Positions 19,859 through 30,295 of a stretch of 64,000 nt of DNA are shown one piece after another (position 1 is the stretch's first letter; each line of letters begins with the position of its first letter). Both the position numbers and the translations under genes were made by a program. The DNA comes from an uncultured Pseudomonadota bacterium (GTDB lineage: Bacteria > Oederibacteriota > Muellerivitia > Muellerivitales > Muellerivitaceae). The stretch spans positions 1,152,001 through 1,216,000 of the forward strand of contig CAWIIP010000002.1 of the NCBI GenBank assembly GCA_963836235.1. The letters are read 5' to 3'. The notes under the pieces are model-generated. The model saw nothing but the letters and a program-made list of their open reading frames with translations, was not told the DNA's origin and searched no databases.

Positions 19859-20830
19859 TTATGGTAATAAAGGTTGCTGGAAGAAAGGTTGCGGCATGAA
19901 CTGTACTTGGGGAACAGCTTTCATAAATCCAGTTCCCAGGTGGTTTTCAATTATTTTAAAACGACTAGAATTACTTAAAGCAAACATTAGGCAATGATGT
20001 ATTGTTAAAACTAAGTCTTGAAAATCTCCCGGCGTTTGGATGGTTTCATTCTCTATACTTTTGATTATCAATCCCATTTCTAAACATTCTTGTTCGTGAA
20101 TGTGACGGTCGTGTCCTTTGTTTCCTTTGAAATCTGTAAGCTTTGTGACAATATTTTTTGCTTTCTTTTTTGCATCTGGATCGCCCAAAAACATATTTTG
20201 CTCTAATTGTTCTTGGACAAATTCCTCTGAGCGGTCAATGGCATTTTGGCATTGATCCAAAAATGTGGGCATATATTTTCCAATAATCGATTGCCACATA
20301 CTAATTTTGCTTGGATCGTCTTTTACTTCTTTGCAAGCTCTCTCAAATTCTTGAATTACCCCATATGCAGGTATTCCTCTTAAGTGGGGATCTATTGGTC
20401 CTAAGTTGGAATGCTTGGCCATAAATATATCTTTGCAAGAACAAGCGATCATTGTTCCGGCGGACATAGCTATTTGCGGAATGATTGCCCGTATATTTTT
20501 ACCAAACATTTTATGTAAATAATCCACTATCGATTGAGTGGCAGAACTACTGCCACCAGGAGTATGAAGAAAAAGGTCTAACCCTTTTTCCCGTTCAAGC
20601 TTGTGAATCGCCACCATAAATCCATTTTTATCTTCATCTGAAATGCTCGAATCGATTTCTGGCTTTGATAGAAAACCGGAGTAATAAACAATAATATTGC
20701 GGTTAGTCAAATTATGAAGTTGGTTTAGATACTTTATTGTGATTTCTTTTAAAGCATTGGCGGGATTAGGGTTTTGAGGGTCAACAGGATAGGCTTTTAT
20801 CTCTTCAAATACTTCATTCCAATTTGGCAT
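19859..20830 (-). CDS. S49/SDH-family ClpP-fold serine protease
   Basis: LDLFLHTPGG, AMSAGTMIA, LGPIDP, HDRHI. Confidence 0.85.
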   Translation of the reverse strand: MPNWNEVFEEIKAYPVDPQNPNPANALKEITIKYLNQLHNLTNRNIIVYYSGFLSKPEIDSSISDEDKNGFMVAIHKLEREKGLDLFLHTPGGSSSATQSIVDYLHKMFGKNIRAIIPQIAMSAGTMIACSCKDIFMAKHSNLGPIDPHLRGIPAYGVIQEFERACKEVKDDPSKISMWQSIIGKYMPTFLDQCQNAIDRSEEFVQEQLEQNMFLGDPDAKKKAKNIVTKLTDFKGNKGHDRHIHEQECLEMGLIIKSIENETIQTPGDFQDLVLTIHHCLMFALSNSSRFKIIENHLGTGFMKAVPQVQFMPQPFFQQPLLP

Positions 20831-21025
20831 TTAGAAAGTGATCGCTTCTTCGCTATTTCCAAAGATTGCAATCGATTGTATGGGCTTATAGAGCGATGGT
20901 TGTTCTAAGGATTGATTTTCTGGCAATACGTTATATGGTTGGATATAGGTGGTTTTAAAAAACTCACGATATTGCTTTTCAAAATCAGTTTGAATTTTTT
21001 CTTTTTTCTCGTCTTCTTTGCTCAT
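20831..21025 (-). CDS. Small hypothetical protein coupled to the S49 protease
   Basis: GAGGAGG RBS; its TAA stop abuts the protease ATG. Confidence 0.65.
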   Translation of the reverse strand: MSKEDEKKEKIQTDFEKQYREFFKTTYIQPYNVLPENQSLEQPSLYKPIQSIAIFGNSEEAITF

Positions 21026-21472
21026 GACCTAACCTCCTCACCAAAGTTAAGTTTTTCAACCGACGAATACTAGTATACCTATACTAAGTTTTCAATACTA
21101 GAAATCCCAAAGCCGACTTAATAGAATGCAAGATTTTGGGCAATTTATCACGGATTTTGCATATCACTTCGAAAGAGTCTCAAGTTCCTCCAACATAAAT
21201 TCAATTGGGACGCAAACCGGCTCTCGGGCGGCTATCGCCGTCGGGGTCGGTCGGCGCCTAAAAGCCAAAACGGGCCGGGCTTCGTTCCTCGCTGATCCGG
21301 CCGCACGGATGTTTTGGCTTTTCCCCCGATTCTGCTAAAAGAACACCGCACGACCCCTCGAATCCGATTTGCTATAACCAACACCTCTGTCTCTCCGTTT
21401 GGGCCCCCCAGATTTCGTGAGGGGGCCCACCCGGAGGGTGGCTCTCCTCAATTACGAACGCGGAGCCCAACC

Positions 21473-21958
21473 ATGAAAAAGGCCAGACAAGAGGAGTTGA
21501 GTTTTGAAGGGATGTTTAAGATACCCCCAACGGTTCCCCCGGTGAGCTGGGCGGAAGCCAGGTCAGACTATAAAAGGGGTCCAATAGTAGGTAGCCCCAA
21601 TGAAGCCACGGAATACTTTAAAAAGTATATCGGAGGTAAGAAAACCGAGGCCTTCCTGACAATGTACCTAGACCACCGGAATCATGTTTTGGACGTGGTT
21701 TTGAACCAGGAAGGGACCGTGGACCATACAGCCGTATATCCTCGTGAGGTCCTCAAGAAGGCCCTTGAATTGGAAGCTACAGGGATCATCTTTAGCCACA
21801 ATCACCCGGCCGGGAGCCTAGAGCCCTCCGAGGGCGATAAAGCCTTAACCCGCCAGATTTGCACCGCCGCTAGAGCCTTGGGAATCACGGTTCATGACCA
21901 TTTAATCGTGACCCATGAAGGCCATTTTTCCTTTAGACAAGCTGGGCTTCTGGCATAA
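21473..21958 (+). CDS. RadC-like JAB domain protein
   Basis: EAFLTMYLD, GTVDHTAVYPREV, HNHPAGSLEPSEGD, HDHLIV. Confidence 0.92.
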   Translation: MKKARQEELSFEGMFKIPPTVPPVSWAEARSDYKRGPIVGSPNEATEYFKKYIGGKKTEAFLTMYLDHRNHVLDVVLNQEGTVDHTAVYPREVLKKALELEATGIIFSHNHPAGSLEPSEGDKALTRQICTAARALGITVHDHLIVTHEGHFSFRQAGLLA

Positions 21959-21974
21959 ACCTCCTGAAATTTAC

Positions 21975-22007
21975 GTAAAGTCCTGAAAGGGACTTTACTG
22001 TTTTTTT
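21975..22007 (+). terminator. Rho-independent terminator after the RadC-like gene
   Basis: GTAAAGTCC-TGAAAG-GGACTTTAC followed by a T-tract. Confidence 0.75.
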
Positions 22008-22100
22008 GTTGGGCCGTTCCCTCCCAAACCCTCCCCGAAATGCCTTTAAAACCTTTTCTTTAAGAACCCCAAACCCAATTGATTGTTGTTTGGCGGTTAG

Positions 22101-24257
22101 TTGGAAGAGGATAGAATTGGTCTGGTTCTAGGCCGTTTTGGGCATGCGTCAAAGTCTAAAAATAGGCCTTTCCTTGGGGAGATTAGTATTACAACGAAAG
22201 TATTTCCTATCGATATCAGCTCCAAACATTTGGACGATGTAAAGAAACTCGGGAAAAAGAATTCTTCTACCCTTGGGTTCTTCCCAGATGGAGCATTTGA
22301 GGACCATGCCAATCGTAAAAATATAATCGTTATTACCATAAAAGACGAATTCGCTGGTTACTTGTTGTATCGGATTTCGAACAATTCTGTAACGATTGTC
22401 CATCTTTGTTTAAGTGATAAGTTTCAGGGGAAAAATTTATCTAAAAATTTAATAGATCATTTGAAAAGTGAAATGACGATGTTTCGCGGTATCCGTTTGC
22501 TTTGCCGAAAAGATTACACAACTAATAAGATTTGGCCCAAACATGGTTTTATTCCAATTGGTGAAAAAAAGGGACGAGGGAAGGAAGAAAAAACACTGAC
22601 CTGTTGGTGGTTTGATCATGGCCACCCGACCCTATTTACTTTTGCCGCCGAAAAACAGATCGAAAACAAACGAATCGGTTTCGTTGATACAAACATTCTT
22701 ATCGATTGGTTTAATGACGAGAGCGAAGAATCTAAAGCTTTGTTGGCTGATTGGTTGAAGGATGAGTTGGAACTTTGTGTAGCCGATGAAATATTGAATG
22801 AGATAGACCGTTCTGAAGATGCAGAAAAAAGAAAAATTATGAAAGAACGAGCACATAACTTAACCAGGCCCCCTTTTTCAAAAGAACTCTTCAAAACCGT
22901 ATCGAAACGAATTCGGAAACATTTTCCTGCTGAAATGTCCGAAAGCGACCAATCAGATTTAAAACATTTAGCCCAATCAATTGTTGTTAATGCGGATTTT
23001 TTTATCACCAGAGATCAAAGGCTTTTGGATTGTTCGGATAAAATAAAAGAAGAACATTCAATGGAAATTCTTCGCCCTTCGGATTTAATTGTGAAACTGA
23101 ATGAATCAAATTATCATCCGGTGCGTTTAGCGGGAACCACCTTAAGTGTTAGAAATGTATTGAGCGGCGAACAAGAAACAATCTTTGATGAATTTCGGAG
23201 CCTGGCGGACAGAGAAACCAAGAGCGGCTTTTTGGAAAAACTCAGAATATACTTATCAAATCCCGCGAACATTGTATGTTCTGTTGTTTTAGATGACACC
23301 CAGAAGTTGGCCTTTTTTGTTTTAGATCGTTCTGACAGGAATAAACTTTCAGTAAAATTTTTGCGATTTAAAAAATCCAACCTAACTTCGACACTTTTAA
23401 GCCATGTCCTTTTTAATTTTTTAAGAATTTGCGTGAACGAAAACCGTTCCAGCATTGAAATTGCCGATTCGCTTTTATCTAGCGACATTCAAAAACAACT
23501 TATAAAAGATAAATTCATTAAACATGGCAAGCACTGGTTTAAGATTATTTTTGATTTTGTCGGTAATAAAAAACAGATTAATAAAAAGGTTCGAGAATTA
23601 ATTTCTGGGAAGTCCCTCGATTTTAAGATTTTTTCCGGTCACGATAAAATCCTAAAAAATCAAAAATTCTTTAAAAGCGCCGAAGCTATATTCGAATTAC
23701 AGAAAATATTTTGGCCGTTAAAAGTGAAAAGTTCTAAAACGAATTTTTATTTAGTTCCAATAAAGCCTGGCTGGGCAAAAGATTTATTTGACGAAAATAT
23801 TGCGCGCGAAGACCTTTTCGGAGCAAAAAAGGAATTGGCCATCAGCCGGGAACAAGTTTATTATCGAGCTTCAAGACCGTCTGGAATCAAAAGTCCGGGG
23901 GGCATTTTATGGTATGTGAGCGAAGATAAGGCATATAGTGGAACGAGTTGTGTTCGGGCCTTTTCGCAATTAGAATCCGTTGAAATTTCAAAACCCAAAG
24001 AGCTGTTTAAAAAATATGCTCGTCTTGGGATATATACTTGGGATGATGTTTTGAAAACTGCCAAAGGAAGCATTCAAAATGATGTTATGGCAATGAAGTT
24101 TTGTGATACCGAGCTTTTCAAAAATCCCATTCCATTGAAGCAACTAAAAGAGATATTTTCCAAGAAAAAAATTGGTCTTCAGGTGCAATCGCCTTTGAAG
24201 ATCTCCAACAAGTTATTTGTTGAAATCTATAACTTAGGGCACGGAAAAAATGGATAA
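22101..24257 (+). CDS. GNAT acetyltransferase-PIN fusion with C-terminal PUA/EVE/ASCH-like domain
   Basis: GNAT (IVHLCL..FQGKNLS), PIN (FVDTNIL...D..HL...FFITRD), C-terminal LVPIKPGWA..LF, VYYRA, ILWYVS, VQSP. Start uncertain. Confidence 0.75.
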   Translation: MEEDRIGLVLGRFGHASKSKNRPFLGEISITTKVFPIDISSKHLDDVKKLGKKNSSTLGFFPDGAFEDHANRKNIIVITIKDEFAGYLLYRISNNSVTIVHLCLSDKFQGKNLSKNLIDHLKSEMTMFRGIRLLCRKDYTTNKIWPKHGFIPIGEKKGRGKEEKTLTCWWFDHGHPTLFTFAAEKQIENKRIGFVDTNILIDWFNDESEESKALLADWLKDELELCVADEILNEIDRSEDAEKRKIMKERAHNLTRPPFSKELFKTVSKRIRKHFPAEMSESDQSDLKHLAQSIVVNADFFITRDQRLLDCSDKIKEEHSMEILRPSDLIVKLNESNYHPVRLAGTTLSVRNVLSGEQETIFDEFRSLADRETKSGFLEKLRIYLSNPANIVCSVVLDDTQKLAFFVLDRSDRNKLSVKFLRFKKSNLTSTLLSHVLFNFLRICVNENRSSIEIADSLLSSDIQKQLIKDKFIKHGKHWFKIIFDFVGNKKQINKKVRELISGKSLDFKIFSGHDKILKNQKFFKSAEAIFELQKIFWPLKVKSSKTNFYLVPIKPGWAKDLFDENIAREDLFGAKKELAISREQVYYRASRPSGIKSPGGILWYVSEDKAYSGTSCVRAFSQLESVEISKPKELFKKYARLGIYTWDDVLKTAKGSIQNDVMAMKFCDTELFKNPIPLKQLKEIFSKKKIGLQVQSPLKISNKLFVEIYNLGHGKNG

Positions 24258-24783
24258 AAATCAGGAAACAGAACGAGTTCTCCTTTTGTCAATAAAACCC
24301 AAGTATGCCGACAGGATATTTTCTGGGGACAAAAAGGTAGAACTTCGAAGAACCAAGCCCAAACTGAAAAAGGGCGATATTGTTGCGGTTTATGTTTCCG
24401 CTCCAGTGATGGCTTTATCCGGCCAATTTGAAGTGGAAGAGGTCATACAAGAATCACCGGAGAAGTTATGGTTTGAGATCCAAAACGAAGCGGGCGTAAC
24501 GAAGTCCGAATTTGAAGATTATTATCGGGGATCAAAAATGGCTTTCGGCATCAAATTTACAGATGTTAGGAATTTTCAATACCCGGTTTCGCTTTTCAAT
24601 TTACGAAAAACTTGGCTCGGATTCAGCCCACCACAAATTTACAGATATTTGCCAAGAAGTGAATACAAACTCGTTTTTTCACGTAAAGAACTGCTAACAC
24701 TTAGAATTACTCGAATTAAAACTTATCTGCTTTCTATTTTTTATAAACCGTTCTTCTTAAGGAAACAATCTTGGCTGAACTAA
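24250..24783 (+). CDS. ASCH domain protein
   Basis: LLSIKPKYADRIFSGDKKVELRR, VYVSAPV, PPQ. Confidence 0.88.
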   Translation: MDKNQETERVLLLSIKPKYADRIFSGDKKVELRRTKPKLKKGDIVAVYVSAPVMALSGQFEVEEVIQESPEKLWFEIQNEAGVTKSEFEDYYRGSKMAFGIKFTDVRNFQYPVSLFNLRKTWLGFSPPQIYRYLPRSEYKLVFSRKELLTLRITRIKTYLLSIFYKPFFLRKQSWLN

Positions 24784-26753
24784 TCTGGGATGGAAAATAC
24801 AAAGATGGAAAAAAAGTAGCTCCAGTCCGAATTGCCCTGCCTTTTCAAACCATTGAGACTGTCAACGAAAGTACCCAAGATCGCCAAAAATCCCTTGATA
24901 TGTTTTCTGGAAACAGGGATGCCAGTTGGAAAAATCGCTTAATTTGGGGCGATAAAAAATATGTATTGCCTTCATTACTTCCGGAATTTTCGGGAAAAGT
25001 GAATCTTGTTTATATTGATCCCCCTTTTAATGTTGGCGCTGATTTTTCTTTTACTGCGGAAATACCTGATGAGCCCGATTCGGAAGAGGGAGAGCCAGCG
25101 CGATTTTTAAAAGAACCTAATGCTATCGAAGTAAAGGCGTACAGAGATACTTGGGGTGCCGGTCTTAATTCATATTTGGAGTGGTTTTATGAGACTGTTG
25201 TTTTGCTCAGAGAATTACTCTCCGAAAATGGCAGCATTTATGTTCACCTCGACTGGCATGTTGGACATTACGCTAAAGTGATCCTAGACGAGGTGTTTGG
25301 TATTGAGAGTTTTCAAAATCATATAACCTGGAAACGAAGCACTCCGAGGGGAAATGCTGGTAAAAAATATCCTGAATTAACCGACTATATTTTTTTCTAT
25401 TCTAAAACTCCAAATAACATTTGGAACGACCAATACACATCCTATCGTCCCGAGTATGTTGAAAAATATTATCAGTATAAAGACGAAAAAACAGGACGAT
25501 TTTTTCAACCAACTAGTCTGTTAGGGCACTCAGGAGTTAATCCTGTTTATGAATGGCGCGGATTAAAAAAACCGTGGAGGTATCCAAAACATCGATTAGA
25601 AGAATTGGATAAAGCTGGTTTGCTTTACTGGCCGGAAAGGGGAGATGTCCCAAGATTTAAAAGATTTTTAGACGAGCAGAAGGGGGTTCCTTTGCAATCG
25701 TTATGGGATGACATTCCGCCAGTAAACTCGCAAGCGTCGGAGGATACAAAATATTCGACTCAAAAGCCCGAAGCTTTGCTTGAACGAATTGTTAAAGCCT
25801 CATCGAATGAAAATGATTTGGTGGTGGATTGTTTTTGCGGAAGCGGCACAACTGTTTCGGTTTCAGAAAAACTTAAACGGCGTTGGATAACGTGCGATTT
25901 AGGACGTTATTCCATTCATACCGCTCGTAAGCGTCTTTTATCCATCCCGGATGTAACTCCGTTTGTTATCCAAAATCTTGGGAAATATGAGCGTCAAGCT
26001 TGGCAAGTTGCCGAGTTTCCAGAACCAGGAAAGCAAGTTGAAAAGGAATTGAAATATCGAAAGTTTATTTTGGATTTGTACAAAGCAGAACCCATTGCAG
26101 GGTTCACTTGGCTTCATGGCATCAAAAAGGATCGAATGGTTCACGTTGGCGCAGTTGATTCGCCGGTCACTTTGGCGGATGTAAAAGCTATTGCGGCAGA
26201 GACTTGGAAATCAGTTGGTAAAGGCAAGGATTCACCCAAGAAGGCAGGAGTAGATATTCTTGGATGGGACTTTGCCTTGGAAGTGAACGAAATTTCAAAA
26301 CAAATAGCTGCTGAATCCGGCGTTGAAGTTCACTTCAAAGTCATTCCTCGTGAAGTCCTCGAAAAGAAAGCTGTGGAGCAAGGTGACATCAAGTTTTTTG
26401 AGTTGGCTTCTTTGGCTGTGGATATCAAACCTAGTGGTTTGGAAGTAACCGCCAACTTAATGGATTTCGTTATACCCCCTAATGACGTTCCGGAAGATGT
26501 CCAGAAGGCTATTAAGCATTGGTCCCAATGGATTGACTATTGGGCTATAGATTGGGATTACAAAAATGATACTTTTCACAATGAATGGCAAAGTTATAGG
26601 TCTCGCCAAAACCAGAATTTAGATTTAACCACTATCCATTGCTATGAAACTCCAGGAGACTACCAAGTAGTCGTAAAGGTCATCGATATTCTCGGCAACG
26701 ACACCACCAAGCTTTTGAAAGTCCAGGTTTCCGATGCCAAAAAGAAAAAGTAA
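24771..26753 (+). CDS. Type III R-M DNA methyltransferase (Mod-like)
   Basis: LIWGD, YIDPPF, TQKPEALLERI, DCFCGSGTT. Confidence 0.9.
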   Translation: MAELIWDGKYKDGKKVAPVRIALPFQTIETVNESTQDRQKSLDMFSGNRDASWKNRLIWGDKKYVLPSLLPEFSGKVNLVYIDPPFNVGADFSFTAEIPDEPDSEEGEPARFLKEPNAIEVKAYRDTWGAGLNSYLEWFYETVVLLRELLSENGSIYVHLDWHVGHYAKVILDEVFGIESFQNHITWKRSTPRGNAGKKYPELTDYIFFYSKTPNNIWNDQYTSYRPEYVEKYYQYKDEKTGRFFQPTSLLGHSGVNPVYEWRGLKKPWRYPKHRLEELDKAGLLYWPERGDVPRFKRFLDEQKGVPLQSLWDDIPPVNSQASEDTKYSTQKPEALLERIVKASSNENDLVVDCFCGSGTTVSVSEKLKRRWITCDLGRYSIHTARKRLLSIPDVTPFVIQNLGKYERQAWQVAEFPEPGKQVEKELKYRKFILDLYKAEPIAGFTWLHGIKKDRMVHVGAVDSPVTLADVKAIAAETWKSVGKGKDSPKKAGVDILGWDFALEVNEISKQIAAESGVEVHFKVIPREVLEKKAVEQGDIKFFELASLAVDIKPSGLEVTANLMDFVIPPNDVPEDVQKAIKHWSQWIDYWAIDWDYKNDTFHNEWQSYRSRQNQNLDLTTIHCYETPGDYQVVVKVIDILGNDTTKLLKVQVSDAKKKK

Positions 26754-29298
26754 AAGAACTCCCAAAGCTCAACCTGATTTACTGGATGTTACGGCAAAGC
26801 TGAGGACTGGACCTTGCGTCCCCGCATTGAGGGAAGCCGTTAAGGCCTGGCAGGCGGGAGGCTATAAAGGCACCACCGAAACAACCCGAAGGTTACTCAA
26901 CTTTTGGTTCGAGACCGACCACAAACTGTCGAATGGTAGGCCTTTTAAGTATCACCACTCCCAGCGGGAAGCCTTCGAGACGCTTATCTTCGTTTGGGAA
27001 TACGAGAAAGTCCGTACTCGCAAGGCTCTCTTAGAACGGTACGCCACTAGCCTCAAAAATCTTCGCCTTCCAACCTATGACGAGTTCGCCCGTTATTGCA
27101 TCAAGATGGCAACGGGCTCCGGTAAGACCAAGGTAATGTCTCTGGTGGTAGCTTGGCAGTTCTTCAATGCTCAATGCGAAGAGCCGGAAGAAGCAAAACA
27201 ATATGCAAAGACCTTTCTCATCATTGCCCCCAACGTCATTGTTTTCGAGCGTCTCAAAACAGATTTTGAGGGTGGCCGAATTTTTCGGACTGACCCTATC
27301 ATCCCCAAGTTCTTTGAAATCTTTTGGGATTTTGATGCCGTCATGCGCCATGACGGTCAAAAGGCTCATAGCGAAGGAATGTTGTTTCTTTCAAATATTC
27401 AGCAGTTTTATGAGCGGTTGCAAAACATTAAATACAATGAACCGGAAGAGATGACGGCGGTTTTGGGAACCAAGCCGAGTTTGGCTAAGCTGGAGGTTTC
27501 GGATTTTTCGGAGCGCATCGGCTTGAGGGCGGGAAACTTGATGGTCATCAACGATGAAGCCCATCACACGCATGACGAAGAAAGCGAATGGAACACCATC
27601 ATCCGGCGGCTCCACCAGAAATCACCCATTGCTATGCAGGTCGATTTTTCGGCCACTCCCCGTTTTCAAAAGGGTCAACTTTTTCCTTGGATCATTTCCG
27701 ATTATCCCCTTAAACAAGCCATTCTGGACGGGATTGTCAAACGTCCATTTAAGGGAATCGCCCATATCCAAGAAGCCAAATCCAAGACGGCTAGCGTCCG
27801 CTACAAAGGATTCCTGGTAGCCGGGGTTGAGCGGTGGCGTGAATACAAAGAACAATTAGGGCCGCTCAAGAAAAAACCCATCCTATTCGTCATGCTGAAT
27901 GATACGGATGAGGCGGATGATGTAGGCGATTGGCTTCAAACTAAATACCCTAAGGAATTTGGGGAAGATAAAACCCTCGTCATCCACACGGACAAATCGG
28001 GGGAAGTCTCTAAGACCGACTTGGATAAAGCTCGCATTGCCGCCCATGAGGTCGACGACGATCAAAGTCCCGTCAATGCCATTGTCAGTGTGTTAATGCT
28101 TCGTGAAGGATGGGACGTGCAGAACGTCACAGTGGTCGTTGGATTGCGACCTTACACGGCCAAGGCCAATATCTTACCCGAACAAACCATAGGGCGGGGT
28201 TTACGGTTGATGTTCCGGGGCCATGGCAATGGTTATACCGAACGGGTGGATGTGATTGGGAACAATGCCTTTATTTCTTTCGTGGACGACCTGGAAAAAC
28301 TTGAAGACATCAAGCTGGATTCTTTCGATGTCGGTAAGGATAAACTTTCAATTGTCTCTATCATGGTTGACCCGAGCAAAAAGAAATTTGATATCGGATT
28401 GCCGCTCATATCTCCTGTCATGGTGCGAAAGAAAAGCTTGGCTGATGAAATCGCGGAATTGGATGTCATGCGGTTTCAGACTCCGAAACTCCCCATCAAG
28501 AAAGGCGATTCCGAGGAAACCACCTTCACCTACGAGGGATTCGACTACATCACGTTGGTCAAGGAAGTAGAACGGAAATACACGATTCCCGAACCCCAAA
28601 CACCCCAGGAAGTCATCGGCTACTATGCCCGGCAGATTGCCCAGGAAGTCAAACTGCCCTCTCAATTCGCGGCTTTGGTTCCGAGAATAAAAGAATTTTT
28701 TGAAAAAAAGGCTTTTGGTAGGACTGTCAATCTGGAAGAAACCGAAATCCTGAAGGCCATGACTACCAACGTTTCACAATATGTTTGCGTACAAGCTTTC
28801 AAGAAGGAACTGCAAAGCAAGATTGTATCGGAACAGACTCCAAAGATAGAAGGAAAGGACAGACTTTTGTCTGATCTAAATCCCCCATTCCCTTGGGGAA
28901 GACCGGTATATGAGAGTAAGAAAACTATTCTTAATCTTGTGCCTTGTGATAACGAATTTGAACGTACCTTTGCTAAGTTCCTGGATAAAGCGAAAGACGT
29001 GAAAGCCTTCTCTAAAATTCCTCAAAGTTTTGGTTTCTCGATCGACTACGTGGACGGCAATTATAACCAAAGAAGCTACCATCCCGACTTTGCGGCGATT
29101 GCCGAAGATGGAACCAATTGGCTTTTGGAAACAAAAGGTCAAGAAGGCGAAGAAACCAAGTTCAAGGACGCGGCGGCGGAACGTTGGTGTGAGAACGCGA
29201 CTGCATTGACAAAAAATACTTGGCGCTATAAGAAGATCCCCCAAAAGAAATTTATGGAATTAGAACCGGATTCCTTGGCGGATATCGAAGTTATTTAA
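26734..29298 (+). CDS. Type III restriction endonuclease (Res-like)
   Basis: MATGSGKT, DEAHH, FSATP, LREGWD, QTIGRGLR; C-terminal PD-(D/E)xK YHPDF...LETKG. Confidence 0.9.
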   Translation: MPKRKSKRTPKAQPDLLDVTAKLRTGPCVPALREAVKAWQAGGYKGTTETTRRLLNFWFETDHKLSNGRPFKYHHSQREAFETLIFVWEYEKVRTRKALLERYATSLKNLRLPTYDEFARYCIKMATGSGKTKVMSLVVAWQFFNAQCEEPEEAKQYAKTFLIIAPNVIVFERLKTDFEGGRIFRTDPIIPKFFEIFWDFDAVMRHDGQKAHSEGMLFLSNIQQFYERLQNIKYNEPEEMTAVLGTKPSLAKLEVSDFSERIGLRAGNLMVINDEAHHTHDEESEWNTIIRRLHQKSPIAMQVDFSATPRFQKGQLFPWIISDYPLKQAILDGIVKRPFKGIAHIQEAKSKTASVRYKGFLVAGVERWREYKEQLGPLKKKPILFVMLNDTDEADDVGDWLQTKYPKEFGEDKTLVIHTDKSGEVSKTDLDKARIAAHEVDDDQSPVNAIVSVLMLREGWDVQNVTVVVGLRPYTAKANILPEQTIGRGLRLMFRGHGNGYTERVDVIGNNAFISFVDDLEKLEDIKLDSFDVGKDKLSIVSIMVDPSKKKFDIGLPLISPVMVRKKSLADEIAELDVMRFQTPKLPIKKGDSEETTFTYEGFDYITLVKEVERKYTIPEPQTPQEVIGYYARQIAQEVKLPSQFAALVPRIKEFFEKKAFGRTVNLEETEILKAMTTNVSQYVCVQAFKKELQSKIVSEQTPKIEGKDRLLSDLNPPFPWGRPVYESKKTILNLVPCDNEFERTFAKFLDKAKDVKAFSKIPQSFGFSIDYVDGNYNQRSYHPDFAAIAEDGTNWLLETKGQEGEETKFKDAAAERWCENATALTKNTWRYKKIPQKKFMELEPDSLADIEVI

Positions 29299-29762
29299 GT
29301 TTCTCGAACGTGAGCCTGCCGTAATATCCACTCTTCTAACGCAACTCTAGGTATTAGCGTTTTGCGTCCCAGCTTGATAAAGGGAAAAGGGTCTTCCATT
29401 TCTGAAGCTCTATAAACCATGTCGTTTACAGTGGTCGTTGGCAAGCCGTAGTTTTTAAGCTCGGCGGGCCGCAAAAACACTTTCTCGGACTCGCCGAAAA
29501 GCTTCTTGTGATTAATGGTTATATTGCTGATTGGTAGGGTATAGGCCTTTTCGGGTTTGGGTTCTCGGATAGTTGGATTTTTTACGGATGTTTTCGTTGT
29601 AGTCTTTTGTTGCTTTTTGCTTTTAACTGTTGATAAGACGGATTCGGAAATATTTTGAGTTTCGAGTTTGGATTTATCATCTTCTTTTAAGTCCCATTCT
29701 TGGAGAAGATCCACAAATTCCGCCAAGCCATTCAAAGCCTCTTCAACTTCCGCCATTGTCAT
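29295..29762 (-). CDS. Protein with C-terminal excisionase-like HTH_17 domain
   Basis: C-terminal PFPFIKLGRKTLIPRVALEEWI. Confidence 0.6.
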   Translation of the reverse strand: MTMAEVEEALNGLAEFVDLLQEWDLKEDDKSKLETQNISESVLSTVKSKKQQKTTTKTSVKNPTIREPKPEKAYTLPISNITINHKKLFGESEKVFLRPAELKNYGLPTTTVNDMVYRASEMEDPFPFIKLGRKTLIPRVALEEWILRQAHVRET

Positions 29763-30034
29763 TTCCCGTTTTCCTTGTTCTTCCAGCAGCGCTTTTCCTT
29801 TCAGGAAAAGCTCGTCCGGGAATATGGAAGAGTAAGTGTGATTTTTAAATTTTTCATGTTGTGAAGTATAACCAAAAATTATTTTTTATTCTGATGTACG
29901 TTTTTGGTTTCTCCGGAAAATTCATCCCTTGAAAAATAAAAGGATTTCGGAAGTTTTGAAATCTTTTTTAATATTAATGATGTACGATATACATTGCTTT
30001 TTATTTGACGATTTTCGCGAGGAGGAATATACCA

Positions 30035-30235
30035 ATGCCCATGAAGAAAAAACGTGGACGTAAAAGTCTCGGAGGCTTACGGATCATCCTTCGGCTGACT
30101 TCCCAGGAAGTGGAACTCCTGGAAAAGCGGCAGCAGGAGACCGGCCTTAGCCGCACCGAGATGATTCGAAGGGCCATCGACCATTACTGGTCCGAGAAAC
30201 GCCACGAAACCAATTGGGAACCCCCTAAGAGATAG
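30035..30235 (+). CDS. Ribbon-helix-helix (CopG/MobC-like) protein
   Basis: GGAGG RBS; RIILRLT..EVELLE..QETGLSRTEMIRRAID. Confidence 0.75.
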   Translation: MPMKKKRGRKSLGGLRIILRLTSQEVELLEKRQQETGLSRTEMIRRAIDHYWSEKRHETNWEPPKR

Positions 30236-30295
30236 TTCGTCTCCCCAAGGCTCAAAGCTCAAGGAGATAGCGGGCTTACGGGGCGCGGGGCGGAC

